IMG/VR virus record: IMGVR_UViG_3300045988_174937
Length of the DNA: 64,000 nt
Source of the DNA: a virus
Direction: 5' to 3' (one strand)
The notes beneath the pieces were generated by a model. The model was not told the DNA's origin and searched no databases. It worked only from the letters and a program-made list of their open reading frames with translations. Below, piece by piece: positions 17,278 through 26,156 of this stretch. A program made the translations under genes and the position numbers. Each line of letters begins with the position of its first letter. The stretch's first letter is position 1.

Positions 17278-17661
17278 ATGAAACAAGAACTTTTCGAAAA
17301 AGGCGTCAAGGCGGCCATTGCCGACATCTTAGAACGTTCGCTTAACAAATGGGTTAGTGTGATGGAACCTGGCGCGTCGTTTGGTGCTATCCTCACTAAG
17401 AACGGCATCAGCCCCAAGGTATCGCCGGCGCTGTTCAAAGTACTTTCCAGCGTGGGTATTATCCAACGCGAAGGCGTGAAGTCAACGATCAGATATCGTT
17501 ACGTCCCCACCTCCGTCACTATCCCTGATCTCGATAAATTGGCGGCGCAGGTTTGGTTGGAGAATCAAGACTACAGCCGCGCGAAACGTGCTACTTCAAG
17601 GCAAAAACATGTAACCCCCCCCGTGCGACGTCAACCAGAACGGAAAGGCAATTCGCGTTAA
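17278..17661 (+). CDS. hypothetical protein; probably the upstream half of a gene interrupted at a C8 tract
   Basis: 127 aa. The frame runs through CCCCCCCC (17615-17622), then only 13 more codons before the stop. Confidence 0.5.
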   Translation: MKQELFEKGVKAAIADILERSLNKWVSVMEPGASFGAILTKNGISPKVSPALFKVLSSVGIIQREGVKSTIRYRYVPTSVTIPDLDKLAAQVWLENQDYSRAKRATSRQKHVTPPVRRQPERKGNSR

Positions 17662-17737
17662 GGGCAACATTCTCCCTCAAATTGGCGATTCGCGTTACAT
17701 TATCACGGGCGCAGAAGGGCCTATCGAAATCATCGAG

Positions 17738-17968
17738 GTGAAGATCGTCACCATTTATCGCGATCCTCACGACGGAAAATACAATTTCGACGTTGTGTAT
17801 CGTCTGCCTGACACCGAGGGACTGATTACGATGGAACGGGTGTTGTTACAAGAACTCCACCTCAAACCGGAAGACATTTTCGCCCATCTCCAGCGCACGA
17901 TGGTACGTTTCCGCGGTGAGTTGTTTCCAACTATAAAACGAGAAACCGTAAAACAAAATGGCAGATAA
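17738..17968 (+). CDS. hypothetical protein; reading frame is open and coding-like from 17615 with no start codon before GTG 17738
   Basis: 41 start-less codons upstream (..GKAIRVKGNILPQIGDSRYIITGAEGPIEIIE) look coding. They join the 17278 ORF if one C is removed. Confidence 0.45.
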   Translation: MKIVTIYRDPHDGKYNFDVVYRLPDTEGLITMERVLLQELHLKPEDIFAHLQRTMVRFRGELFPTIKRETVKQNGR

Positions 17969-18434
17969 CGCACGTGTCGCTCAAACGCCCGAAGAGGTAG
18001 AAGCGACAAAACAGTACACCGAAAAGGACGAAAACCGCCAACTGGCCTTTTCCAAAGCACTCGAATTGCTTCGTATTTTGTGTAAAGACGCTTTGGAACG
18101 GGAAATGATAGCCCAGCGCACTTTCACCCGTACAGAGGTTGTAAAGAAAACGACGCTGTCGCACCGTAAAGCGTTGGACCTGTTGGAGACGCTTCAGACG
18201 TTCGGTTACGTCGATATAATGGACGCCAACAAGACAAAATTCTGCTTCACTTTTAACGCCGACGACCGTGCAGCGGTCCATAAGGCCAAGATTATACAGC
18301 TGACTACGTTGCTCGGGGCAGCTATCGAGAGTTACAACTCCGTGCTCTTGAAAGAATACCCCGAAGAGGTGTACCAGCGCGAGACCCTGGAAATGGAACG
18401 TTACCTCGCCCAGGCGTTGAATTTGAAGAGATGA
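17958..18434 (+). CDS. candidate terminase small subunit (by position)
   Basis: 158 aa, immediately upstream of the large terminase. Winged-helix-like TRTEVVKKTTLSHRKALDLLETLQTFGYV. Confidence 0.3.
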   Translation: MADNARVAQTPEEVEATKQYTEKDENRQLAFSKALELLRILCKDALEREMIAQRTFTRTEVVKKTTLSHRKALDLLETLQTFGYVDIMDANKTKFCFTFNADDRAAVHKAKIIQLTTLLGAAIESYNSVLLKEYPEEVYQRETLEMERYLAQALNLKR

Positions 18435-18453
18435 GTTTTGTTGTGGACCCGGT

Positions 18454-18488
18454 AACACCCAGAGGGAATCGAGACCCCTTTGGGTGTT
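18454..18488 (+). terminator. hairpin, possible attenuator/terminator
   Basis: Stem AACACCCA/TGGGTGTT with extra inner pairing. The trailing T-run is weak. Confidence 0.4.
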
Positions 18489-18496
18489 GCTATTAA

Positions 18497-20188
18497 ATGG
18501 CTATTATGATACAACCAGCCCTCCCCCATCCTTCATTCGTTGAGCCATCGTATAACCATCGTTTGGCTTGCTTGGAACTTGTAGATGAAATAATACAAGC
18601 CATGGATGAACGCGGTCTCAACGAAATGATGAATGGCGATGTTCGTGATGTAGATGCCGTTTTCGACGCACTTATGCAGGATACCTACCGCGTTCTATAC
18701 ACAGGCGATATGTCTATTGATTTTCGTCCCAGATATGAAGAGAATCTATCAGCGGTCGTTGAAGATACCCTACGATGCGCCAATTTGACGTATTTCATCA
18801 CTTCGGTCATCCCCGATTTTCAACTATCGTGGCACCACCTGGAGTGGGGAGAGTTAGTACAGCAACACAAGAAATTGTGTATCAATGCTGCTCGTGACCA
18901 CGGAAAGTCGTTCTATTTCTCCAACGCCTACGCCGCGTGGCAGTTATATCGCTATACACGCCCGCGCACAAGGAGTTATTCAAAGCGACCCACGGCGGCT
19001 TCGTCTAACCGCGGTTTCTTGTTTTCGTTCTCTTTACAACAGGGAATCGACCTCATGGAGATTTTGAAGGGGACTATCGAGGAGAATGACATTCTGAAGG
19101 AGCGGCTGTTCCCTCAGTCTACGGCCAACAGTTGGTCTGCTACCAACATCGTATGTCGTAATGGAGCGCGGTTGACGGTAAAGGGTTTTGGCTCTTCGGT
19201 GCGTGGTGCTCACCCGTACTGGATTATCGTCGATGACGGCTTGAAGGACAACGTCATCTACTCCAGTCTTCAGCGAAATAAGTCCACCGACTATTTCCAC
19301 TCCGTGATTATGAACATGCTCGTACCCGGCGGCCAGATTATCGTCGTCGGTACGCCGTTCCACGCCGAGGACCTTTACGGCGACCTCAAGACCAAGAACG
19401 GTTGGTTCGTTATCGAGTATCCGGCCATCTTCCCCGACGGGCGAATCCTTTGGCCCCAGCGCTGGTCGTTCAAGGACCTGATGGATAAAAAGGAGACTCA
19501 GGGTTCAATCATCTTCTCGCGTGAGAACCTTTGCCGCCCGATTACCAACGAGTCGTCAATATTCCCGATGGAAATCCTCACGCGTTCGCTACTGCGGATG
19601 GAAAATTACACGTTGGTGGATTCACGCGAAGAATTCCCTGTTAAGTTCTCCAAGGTGGTGGTCGGGTGTGACTTCGCTATTTCAGCCAACGTCGGCGCCG
19701 ACTACGCCGTATTCAGCGTGTGGGGTATCGACGAGTTGACCGACGAACGCTGGTTGTTACACCTCTACCGCGAAAAAGGTGTAAAGTTCTTCGAACAGAT
19801 GAACGTCCTGCGCCGTATCAACTCCCACTTCCGGCCTGACCTTATCGTGATGGAGAATAACACATTCCAACAGATATTCGTTGAGACGGCCGACACCGAG
19901 GGGATGCCCGTTATCGGTCACACTACGGGAATTGATAAGTACGACTTGAAAACCGGGTGGCCACACCTCTCAACGCTATTCGAACGTGGCAAAATCCACA
20001 TTCCAGTGGGCAACGTCTACTCTCAGCAGGTCAAGGACCTCATATTCCAAGACCTCGGTTCCGTTGCCTTTACCGAAAAGGGGCTGGAGAGCGTCGGCAG
20101 TCACGATGATATTTCGTCGTCGTTCTGGTTGGCCGACTTGGCGGCGTCGCGTATGACCACTGGATTTAAGTTCGATTTGTTAGGATAA
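18497..20188 (+). CDS. terL: terminase large subunit
   Basis: 563 aa. Walker A-like ARDHGKSF, Walker B-like YWIIVDD, and a C-terminal RNase H-like nuclease region (VVGCDFA...). Confidence 0.8.
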   Translation: MAIMIQPALPHPSFVEPSYNHRLACLELVDEIIQAMDERGLNEMMNGDVRDVDAVFDALMQDTYRVLYTGDMSIDFRPRYEENLSAVVEDTLRCANLTYFITSVIPDFQLSWHHLEWGELVQQHKKLCINAARDHGKSFYFSNAYAAWQLYRYTRPRTRSYSKRPTAASSNRGFLFSFSLQQGIDLMEILKGTIEENDILKERLFPQSTANSWSATNIVCRNGARLTVKGFGSSVRGAHPYWIIVDDGLKDNVIYSSLQRNKSTDYFHSVIMNMLVPGGQIIVVGTPFHAEDLYGDLKTKNGWFVIEYPAIFPDGRILWPQRWSFKDLMDKKETQGSIIFSRENLCRPITNESSIFPMEILTRSLLRMENYTLVDSREEFPVKFSKVVVGCDFAISANVGADYAVFSVWGIDELTDERWLLHLYREKGVKFFEQMNVLRRINSHFRPDLIVMENNTFQQIFVETADTEGMPVIGHTTGIDKYDLKTGWPHLSTLFERGKIHIPVGNVYSQQVKDLIFQDLGSVAFTEKGLESVGSHDDISSSFWLADLAASRMTTGFKFDLLG

Positions 20189-20222
20189 CAAGGTTATTTT
20201 CGATGAATAAAACATAGAATGT

Positions 20223-20747
20223 ATGGTTGTTAAATTTAAGAAAGTGCACCCCGAAGCCGTACTGCCGGCGTATGCTCACCCTGACGGTGAGGATAACGGA
20301 CTGGACCTCGTGGCTGTGGCCGTAAAGGAAACCGAAGATTACATCGAATACGATACCGGCATCGCCGCTGAAATCCCCAAGGGGTACTGCGGCCTGCTGG
20401 TCCCGAATTCGCGTTGTTCGAAAATGGACCTGGTGATGTGTAACGCGCCGGGCGTTATCGACCCAGGCTATCGCGGTACGATGCGCGCTCGTTACAAGAA
20501 GACGTGGCACTTACCGACGTTAGTCCACAGGTTCTTCAAGAGCGTCTGCGGATTGCTTTCCAACGTCTTCGGCGAGGTCGCCGGAATGAAGCCTCAAAAC
20601 GTGAATATGAATACCAAGGAATTCAAGGTGGGTGACGTTGTGGCCCAGCTGGTCATCGTCCCCGCGCCGTATATCGAAGTGGAGGAAGCCGACACGCTGA
20701 CGCCCTCGCTGCGTGACGCCGGAGGATTCGGTTCAACGATTAAATAG
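20223..20747 (+). CDS. dut: trimeric dUTPase with ~30-aa insertion between motifs III and IV
   Basis: Motifs DNGLDL, PNSRCSK, GVIDPGYRG, GDVVAQLVI and RDAGGFGST. There are 51 residues between YRG and GDVVAQ. Confidence 0.85.
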   Translation: MVVKFKKVHPEAVLPAYAHPDGEDNGLDLVAVAVKETEDYIEYDTGIAAEIPKGYCGLLVPNSRCSKMDLVMCNAPGVIDPGYRGTMRARYKKTWHLPTLVHRFFKSVCGLLSNVFGEVAGMKPQNVNMNTKEFKVGDVVAQLVIVPAPYIEVEEADTLTPSLRDAGGFGSTIK

Positions 20748-20749
20748 CC

Positions 20750-21346
20750 ATGAAAACGATTCTCTTACACAATCCCGCCAAACAGGACAACGTCGAAGCG
20801 ATGGCCGACGCGCTGGTAGAGTCGATGCGTTACGCCAATAGCGCGGTTGATTATCCCGATGTTTCCAAGGCCAAGCCTGATGACGGCGTTCCGGCCGAGT
20901 GGTTCTACAAGGCATACGTCGGTACGGCCCCCACGTCGGAACTCACGGCCATTCTCCAGTACACGCAGCAGCGGATGATCTTTGACCAGATTGGCGAAAC
21001 GTTCCTCGGTATCGCCCTCACTGAGATGAAGCACTACGACCGATTAGGCGACTTCATTAACCGTATCGGAGGTAACGTATCGCGACCTGCGTTTTCGGCA
21101 GCCAAAGTGGACATTACGACCAAAAGCGCGGCCGAAGCCGTCCAGATCAACATCCGCGCCGAGCAGGACACCATCGCCGAGTACGAAAAACTCATTCAGC
21201 GTATTCAGGCCAACAACCCTACACCAACTGTGACCTCGGCGTTGGCCATCCAACTTATCAACAAGATTGTCGCCGACGAGCACGTACACGTCCGTCTGTT
21301 GGCGGAGTTGGCGCAATCCCTCGGCGAGGAAGACACTACGTTATGA
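20750..21346 (+). CDS. ferritin-like di-metal carboxylate protein (Mn-catalase/CotJC-like)
   Basis: Two ExxH helices (TEMKHY, ADEHVH) plus helix glutamates in SELTAILQY and IRAEQD. Confidence 0.5.
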   Translation: MKTILLHNPAKQDNVEAMADALVESMRYANSAVDYPDVSKAKPDDGVPAEWFYKAYVGTAPTSELTAILQYTQQRMIFDQIGETFLGIALTEMKHYDRLGDFINRIGGNVSRPAFSAAKVDITTKSAAEAVQINIRAEQDTIAEYEKLIQRIQANNPTPTVTSALAIQLINKIVADEHVHVRLLAELAQSLGEEDTTL

Positions 21347-21633
21347 AAGCCGACCTCCGGAAATATACCTCGCTGTTGTTAGCCGCTGTAAAGCGCATCG
21401 AAGCCGAACGCCCAGGAGTCATAGCCTGGGCGTCTCGTCAAGAACGGTGGTGGGAGTTGTGCGTCAGCGATTACGACCTTTACCGCAGTGAGGAATTTGC
21501 GCGCATAAAGAAAACCTATCGCCAGGCGTTGGCTGTTGCGGGCGGTGGTGAGTTGATATTCTGCTACGCTAAACCTGACGCCGAGCGGCTATACGAATTG
21601 GAGTTGAAAGGTAATTTGGTGATGGATTGTTAA
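21343..21633 (+). CDS. hypothetical protein
   Basis: 96 aa, ATGA overlap. Confidence 0.45.
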   Translation: MKADLRKYTSLLLAAVKRIEAERPGVIAWASRQERWWELCVSDYDLYRSEEFARIKKTYRQALAVAGGGELIFCYAKPDAERLYELELKGNLVMDC

Positions 21634-21640
21634 ATTTTCG

Positions 21641-21695
21641 CCAAAATATTTTGTAGATTGTAAAATTCGTATTACCTTTGCTCTTGGAAAAGAAT
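21641..21695 (+). promoter_or_regulatory. conserved promoter cassette P3
   Basis: Same 20-mer. TTTG at 21650-21653, then N19, then TACCTTTG at 21673-21680. CTCTTGGAAAAGAA at 21681-21694. Confidence 0.7.
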
Positions 21696-21712
21696 CGTAA
21701 AACAAAATCGTT

Positions 21713-22540
21713 ATGGAAACTACACAAGACATCAACTCCATCCTTTCGAAACTGAAGAAACTGCAGCGGCTTTACGAAGGAGCAAAAGCTATCAATTCCG
21801 AGGCTGAGGCCGCTAACGCCGCCGCTAAAATTCAGAACCTCCTCACCCAGTACAACCTTTCGATGGCCGATTTGGACTCGGTAGCCGATGACTCACAGAA
21901 AAGTAGCGTGACGGAGGACCAATTGGATGACCGTTGGTCACGTAAGACTGGCGGCGCATGGGACCAACTCCTGTTGTATGGAATTTGTAAGTACAATTTC
22001 TGCTACACAATAGTCAGCCAAAAACATACGAGCCGAATTACAAGCGGCGGCAGGCTTGTTTACGAGGTGCGTCGTAAATTCATCGTAATTGGCGAGCAAC
22101 AGAACATCGAGGTTGTTAAGTGGCTATTCGCCGTATTATCTCGGCAATTGTACGAACTCTCCAAGAAGCGTTACAAGGAGTATTTGGCCGACGATTCACA
22201 GGCGTTGATTCGGTCGTTTACGGGCGAAAAGCGCATGTCTCCAGCCAAGTTCCATCGTTCGTATCTGGCGGGAGCGGCCAAAGGTGTTCAGGACCGCCTC
22301 AAGGAGGAGCGTGACCGCGAACTCCAGGCTCAAGTGCAGGTCAACGCGCTGGTGCTTCGTACGGACCAGAAATTGAACGATTACGTGGCCGAGAATTACA
22401 AGGACTTACGCTCGTCGCGTCCGATGCATATAGGCAGTGGCCACGCTATGGCGATGGGGCGTGAAGATGGCCGCAAGGTTAATATAACCCGCGGCGGTAT
22501 CGCTGTTTCGAATACCAACCCTAACCAGATAGCGCAATGA
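21713..22540 (+). CDS. DUF2786-like domain protein
   Basis: The N-terminal ILSKLKKLQRLYEGA...EAEAANAAAKIQNLLTQYNL resembles the DUF2786 helical hairpin. Confidence 0.4.
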   Translation: METTQDINSILSKLKKLQRLYEGAKAINSEAEAANAAAKIQNLLTQYNLSMADLDSVADDSQKSSVTEDQLDDRWSRKTGGAWDQLLLYGICKYNFCYTIVSQKHTSRITSGGRLVYEVRRKFIVIGEQQNIEVVKWLFAVLSRQLYELSKKRYKEYLADDSQALIRSFTGEKRMSPAKFHRSYLAGAAKGVQDRLKEERDRELQAQVQVNALVLRTDQKLNDYVAENYKDLRSSRPMHIGSGHAMAMGREDGRKVNITRGGIAVSNTNPNQIAQ

Positions 22541-23529
22541 AAATAAACCTCGTATTTGACGGGAATTTCCTGTACCATCTGTCGTTCTCGATATTTTCGA
22601 CGTACTACCGCAACGAAGACCTCTGTGAGGTCTTGGACGACCGCGAAAAGCGCCAGGTTCTGATACGTAAATGCGTGATGAACCTGTGCGCCGCGGTACG
22701 GCGATTTGGTGATGACGTAAACCGCGTGGTGGTAGTCATCGACTCCCACTCGTGGCGACGCGAGGTGTACGACGACTACAAGTACGCCCTCACGCGGGTG
22801 AAGGAACCGTGGAGCGACGCATTTGTAGAGGTCCTGGGTGAATTTGAAGCGTTATTGCGTAAACGCGGGTTAATCGTTACCCGCGTACCGGGTGCTGAGG
22901 GTGACGACCTGATGATGTTGTGGGCTTTCGCACTGGACGAACTCCCCGACGAAGAAACCGTAATACTCACAGCCGATAGCGATATTCGCCAGTTGATAAC
23001 GCCAACGATTTCGGTCTTCAACTACAACTCCAAGTTCATGAAATTCTACGTCTTTCCGGGGAAAGATGGTTTTTGGAACGAACGCTTGGATGCCGATATC
23101 CAGGTCCTCACAACCGAGGCGCTGGAGGTCTTGCTGTATAAGGTGCTGATGGGGGATAAGTCGGATAATATCCCCAAGGTACGGCGCGGATTTGGTGATA
23201 AGGCGTTCAACCGTTTTATCGACGCGTTGAAGGGGGAACTGAACGGGCGTCTGCCGTCACCGACTGTATTCCAGGAGTACAGTTATACGAAGATGGCGTT
23301 GTGGATTCAATCCAAGTTCGAGAAATTTCTGGGTGCGCCGCTGAGTACCGAAGAAATTGGGCAAATTCTGTTCAACGTCAAGTTGACTTGGCTGTCGCCG
23401 TCGGTTTACGGCCCACGTCAGGAAGAACTGTTAATAGCGATGGCCGAGGAAATAGCCAACACGAAGGATTCGTACAACTATAAAAAGGCGTACACGCTTG
23501 AAGACTTCTACGGAATGTTAATAAAGTGA
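22537..23529 (+). CDS. FEN-family 5'-3' exonuclease / flap endonuclease (T4 RNase H-like)
   Basis: Acidic PIN/FEN motifs LVFDGN, VVVIDSHSWRRE, GAEGDDL and TADSDIRQL, plus H3TH-like GDKSDNIPKV. Confidence 0.75.
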   Translation: MKINLVFDGNFLYHLSFSIFSTYYRNEDLCEVLDDREKRQVLIRKCVMNLCAAVRRFGDDVNRVVVVIDSHSWRREVYDDYKYALTRVKEPWSDAFVEVLGEFEALLRKRGLIVTRVPGAEGDDLMMLWAFALDELPDEETVILTADSDIRQLITPTISVFNYNSKFMKFYVFPGKDGFWNERLDADIQVLTTEALEVLLYKVLMGDKSDNIPKVRRGFGDKAFNRFIDALKGELNGRLPSPTVFQEYSYTKMALWIQSKFEKFLGAPLSTEEIGQILFNVKLTWLSPSVYGPRQEELLIAMAEEIANTKDSYNYKKAYTLEDFYGMLIK

Positions 23530-23549
23530 TTAACCAAAGATAAGACGCT

Positions 23550-23750
23550 ATGAAAAAGTGGATGTGGATTCTGATTATCGCGGTGGTCTTGACGATTGCT
23601 GCGGTAGTTTACGCCCATGAGGCGAAGATTATCCACACGCTGGTGGCTATCCTCTCGTTTGTGGCGGGAGTGGTGGCTCACTGGGCGTGGGGCAAATACG
23701 TGGCCGCCAAGGCCGTTAAACAGGTAAGTGGCGATGGAAAACATTCGTGA
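23550..23750 (+). CDS. small membrane protein (two TM helices)
   Basis: 66 aa. WMWILIIAVVLTIAAVVY and LVAILSFVAGVVAHWAW. Confidence 0.5.
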   Translation: MKKWMWILIIAVVLTIAAVVYAHEAKIIHTLVAILSFVAGVVAHWAWGKYVAAKAVKQVSGDGKHS

Positions 23751-24408
23751 CATCATCCTCGGTGCTCGGGCTGAACGCCAGGAGCACATGCTGAAAGGAT
23801 TCGCCCCGGTGGCCGACGAAACCGAGAGCGACAAGGTTGAAAAGGGCGATAACGTCTTCGAGAAGATGGCCGACGCCATCGAGAAGTCGTGTTCCGACGA
23901 CGCCGAAGAAGCCCTCCAGGCCGAAATCGAAAAGTCGGACATCATGAACGCCATCAGCGGTTACGATTCCAACATCAAGTTCGGTAAACTGGGTAAGGAA
24001 ATCAAGGCCAAACTCAAGGCCGATGTCCTTCCGTCGCTTAACGCCAAACTGCAGGTACTCTCGGCTGAAATCGAGAGCAAACTTGAGGATTGTGGCGGCG
24101 TACCTACCGAAAGCGTTCCCGCGTGGTGGACATCCGAAATCAAGATGGAATTGCCGTTCCGTATCTTCAGCTGGAAAGACCGCGATTGCAGTCCCGGTCC
24201 TCAACTGGCTGGCACGCTTGTCGGTGAGGAAAAGGAGAACCCGGTTACTCCCGAAATGTGCCGTTGCCGCGAGGAGTACAACGAAAAGGTACGCGAATAC
24301 GCCAATGTGGCTACTGACGTCAAGGCGTGTGAAATCCTCGAGACCAATCTTTCCGACAACGAACGCTACCAGCTGTCACCTCGTCAGCTGACGGTGTTCG
24401 GGTTTTAG
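23734..24408 (+). CDS. acidic protein carrying the shared N-terminal leader (GARAERQEHMLKGF...VEKG)
   Basis: Track ORF 23728 (GTG) trimmed to ATG 23734. The leader resembles those of the 31513 and 34263 proteins. Confidence 0.5.
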   Translation: MENIRDIILGARAERQEHMLKGFAPVADETESDKVEKGDNVFEKMADAIEKSCSDDAEEALQAEIEKSDIMNAISGYDSNIKFGKLGKEIKAKLKADVLPSLNAKLQVLSAEIESKLEDCGGVPTESVPAWWTSEIKMELPFRIFSWKDRDCSPGPQLAGTLVGEEKENPVTPEMCRCREEYNEKVREYANVATDVKACEILETNLSDNERYQLSPRQLTVFGF

Positions 24409-24448
24409 TTTCTTTTCTGTTTCCATTTTGTTAGGTAGTTAGGACAGC

Positions 24449-24485
24449 GGCCCCGATTCGTAAGCGTTTCGGGGCCAAAGTTTTT
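24449..24485 (+). terminator. rho-independent terminator
   Basis: Stem GGCCCCGA/TCGGGGCC, then AAAGTTTTT. Confidence 0.7.
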
Positions 24486-24491
24486 AACCGT

Positions 24492-24806
24492 ATGAACGCA
24501 TGGAGATATTTCAAAATAGGTGACATCGTGACGGACCCCGAGGTGTGGGGCCGGACGACTTTTGTAATACGCTCGTTTCACGGCAACGACTACTGCCCAT
24601 TAATCGCTGCAGAGTCCCTGAAACCAATCCGCGGTAAACGCATAAGGGTAAACCTCGGCGTACCTGAAACGCGACTTGTAAACGCCCCAAAACGTCCGTT
24701 GATGAAGATTGCGGATGATACGTTACGGAGGTTGGTCGGAAAAAGCACGGAAGCACGGCGTGAATTGTTAATTAGAACTTATCGTAAGCAAAATGGCGAC
24801 ATTTGA
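24492..24806 (+). CDS. hypothetical protein
   Basis: 104 aa, ATG start. Confidence 0.45.
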   Translation: MNAWRYFKIGDIVTDPEVWGRTTFVIRSFHGNDYCPLIAAESLKPIRGKRIRVNLGVPETRLVNAPKRPLMKIADDTLRRLVGKSTEARRELLIRTYRKQNGDI

Positions 24807-25803
24807 CCATTACCCCTGGGCTGATAAACTACCTGCTGCCACACTTGACGTCAGCGAGGAGCACTATCACGATTTCTTCCGGACTATGTTTGAGCGTCAG
24901 ATGATATGGAAGCGGCGGTTCCTGGACCAGAAGCCGCGTCCGTGGACTGATGACCCCATATTACGCGACTACAAATTCACCAACGTATATCGCGAACTGG
25001 ACCGTAATTCACAGTGGCAGATACGCAACATCCTCCTGGACGACGAACTGACGTTGACGAATATGGTATGGAAGATGATGGTGTTCCGGTATTTCAACAA
25101 TCCCCCGACGTTTGAATACGCACGTGAAAAGTACGGCTGGGGTGCAGGTATTCCGGATTACAACCAGTACGACGAGAAGACTTTTGCTGAAATGGTAGCG
25201 TCGTATCGGTTGTCGGGGCATAACCCCTTCACTACGGCTTATCTTATCAACTCGATGGCTGCGCCCGGTAAGACACGCGATGAATGTTACACAGGAACGG
25301 TCGTTCCTACGTTACATCGCCGTTTGTATGAGCTGATGCGCGTTGTATTAACGGCAAAAACCCCTGAGGACATTATTCAGTTCCTAAGAACACTTCCAGC
25401 GTCAGCGGCGTTTATCGCTCATGAGTTCTATCAGGATTTCACCTATATACCGCGCTACACTTATCGTCGTTTTATGCGCTTTACCCAGGATGACTACACT
25501 AACGTGGGTCCAGGTGCATCAACAGGATTACGTTTGATATTTCCATCACTAAAATGTCAAGTAGATGGTATATATCGCCTGCGCGACGAAGCCGCAAAAG
25601 CGTTGTCTGTTTATGGAGATTTCCCTTATCTGCACTGGCACAAACTGGAGAACGGGTACTACACTACACCGAATGGCGAATTAACGCTTCACCAAGTAGA
25701 GATGTGGTTGTGTGAGTATCAAAAGTATTGGAAAGTCAAAATCGGCCAAGGAAAGCAGCGGAGCCTTTTCCAGCCGCATACAAAAAGTGATGCATTTCAA
25801 TGA
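24793..25803 (+). CDS. candidate DNA base-hypermodification protein (all-alpha 5-hmdU DNA kinase helical / aGPT-pyrophosphorylase-like family)
   Basis: The N-terminal FERQMIWKRRFLDQKPRPWTDDPILRDYKFTNVYRELDRNSQW matches my recollection of that family signature. This was not verified by any search. Confidence 0.4.
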   Translation: MATFDHYPWADKLPAATLDVSEEHYHDFFRTMFERQMIWKRRFLDQKPRPWTDDPILRDYKFTNVYRELDRNSQWQIRNILLDDELTLTNMVWKMMVFRYFNNPPTFEYAREKYGWGAGIPDYNQYDEKTFAEMVASYRLSGHNPFTTAYLINSMAAPGKTRDECYTGTVVPTLHRRLYELMRVVLTAKTPEDIIQFLRTLPASAAFIAHEFYQDFTYIPRYTYRRFMRFTQDDYTNVGPGASTGLRLIFPSLKCQVDGIYRLRDEAAKALSVYGDFPYLHWHKLENGYYTTPNGELTLHQVEMWLCEYQKYWKVKIGQGKQRSLFQPHTKSDAFQ

Positions 25804-26123
25804 TAACGTTCCATCGACCAATAGAGGTGAAAGAATTCATGGGTATTGATTTTCAGTCTTTGGCTGAAGACCTTACTACGAGTGCCGCTAAACTTTGTGT
25901 TATAGGCACTTTTATTACTCCAATGACCGTTGATGAGGTTAAGATATTCAAACGGTTGTTGGAGTATATTCGTTTTGATGGCGAGTGGCAGGGAGCCTAT
26001 GATGACCAGACCGATTATTACTACTGGAATGGCCGAACGATTGTTATTTGGGGCGATATCGCAAACCAGGCGTTGATTTTGCAGCGCAATCAACGAAACG
26101 ACGTTTTGGCATTCTTCCCCTAA
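25800..26123 (+). CDS. hypothetical protein
   Basis: 107 aa, ATGA overlap. G+C is lower than in neighbouring genes. Confidence 0.45.
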   Translation: MITFHRPIEVKEFMGIDFQSLAEDLTTSAAKLCVIGTFITPMTVDEVKIFKRLLEYIRFDGEWQGAYDDQTDYYYWNGRTIVIWGDIANQALILQRNQRNDVLAFFP

Positions 26124-26156
26124 CACCAATTATAGCAAAGCAAATTGGATAATATC

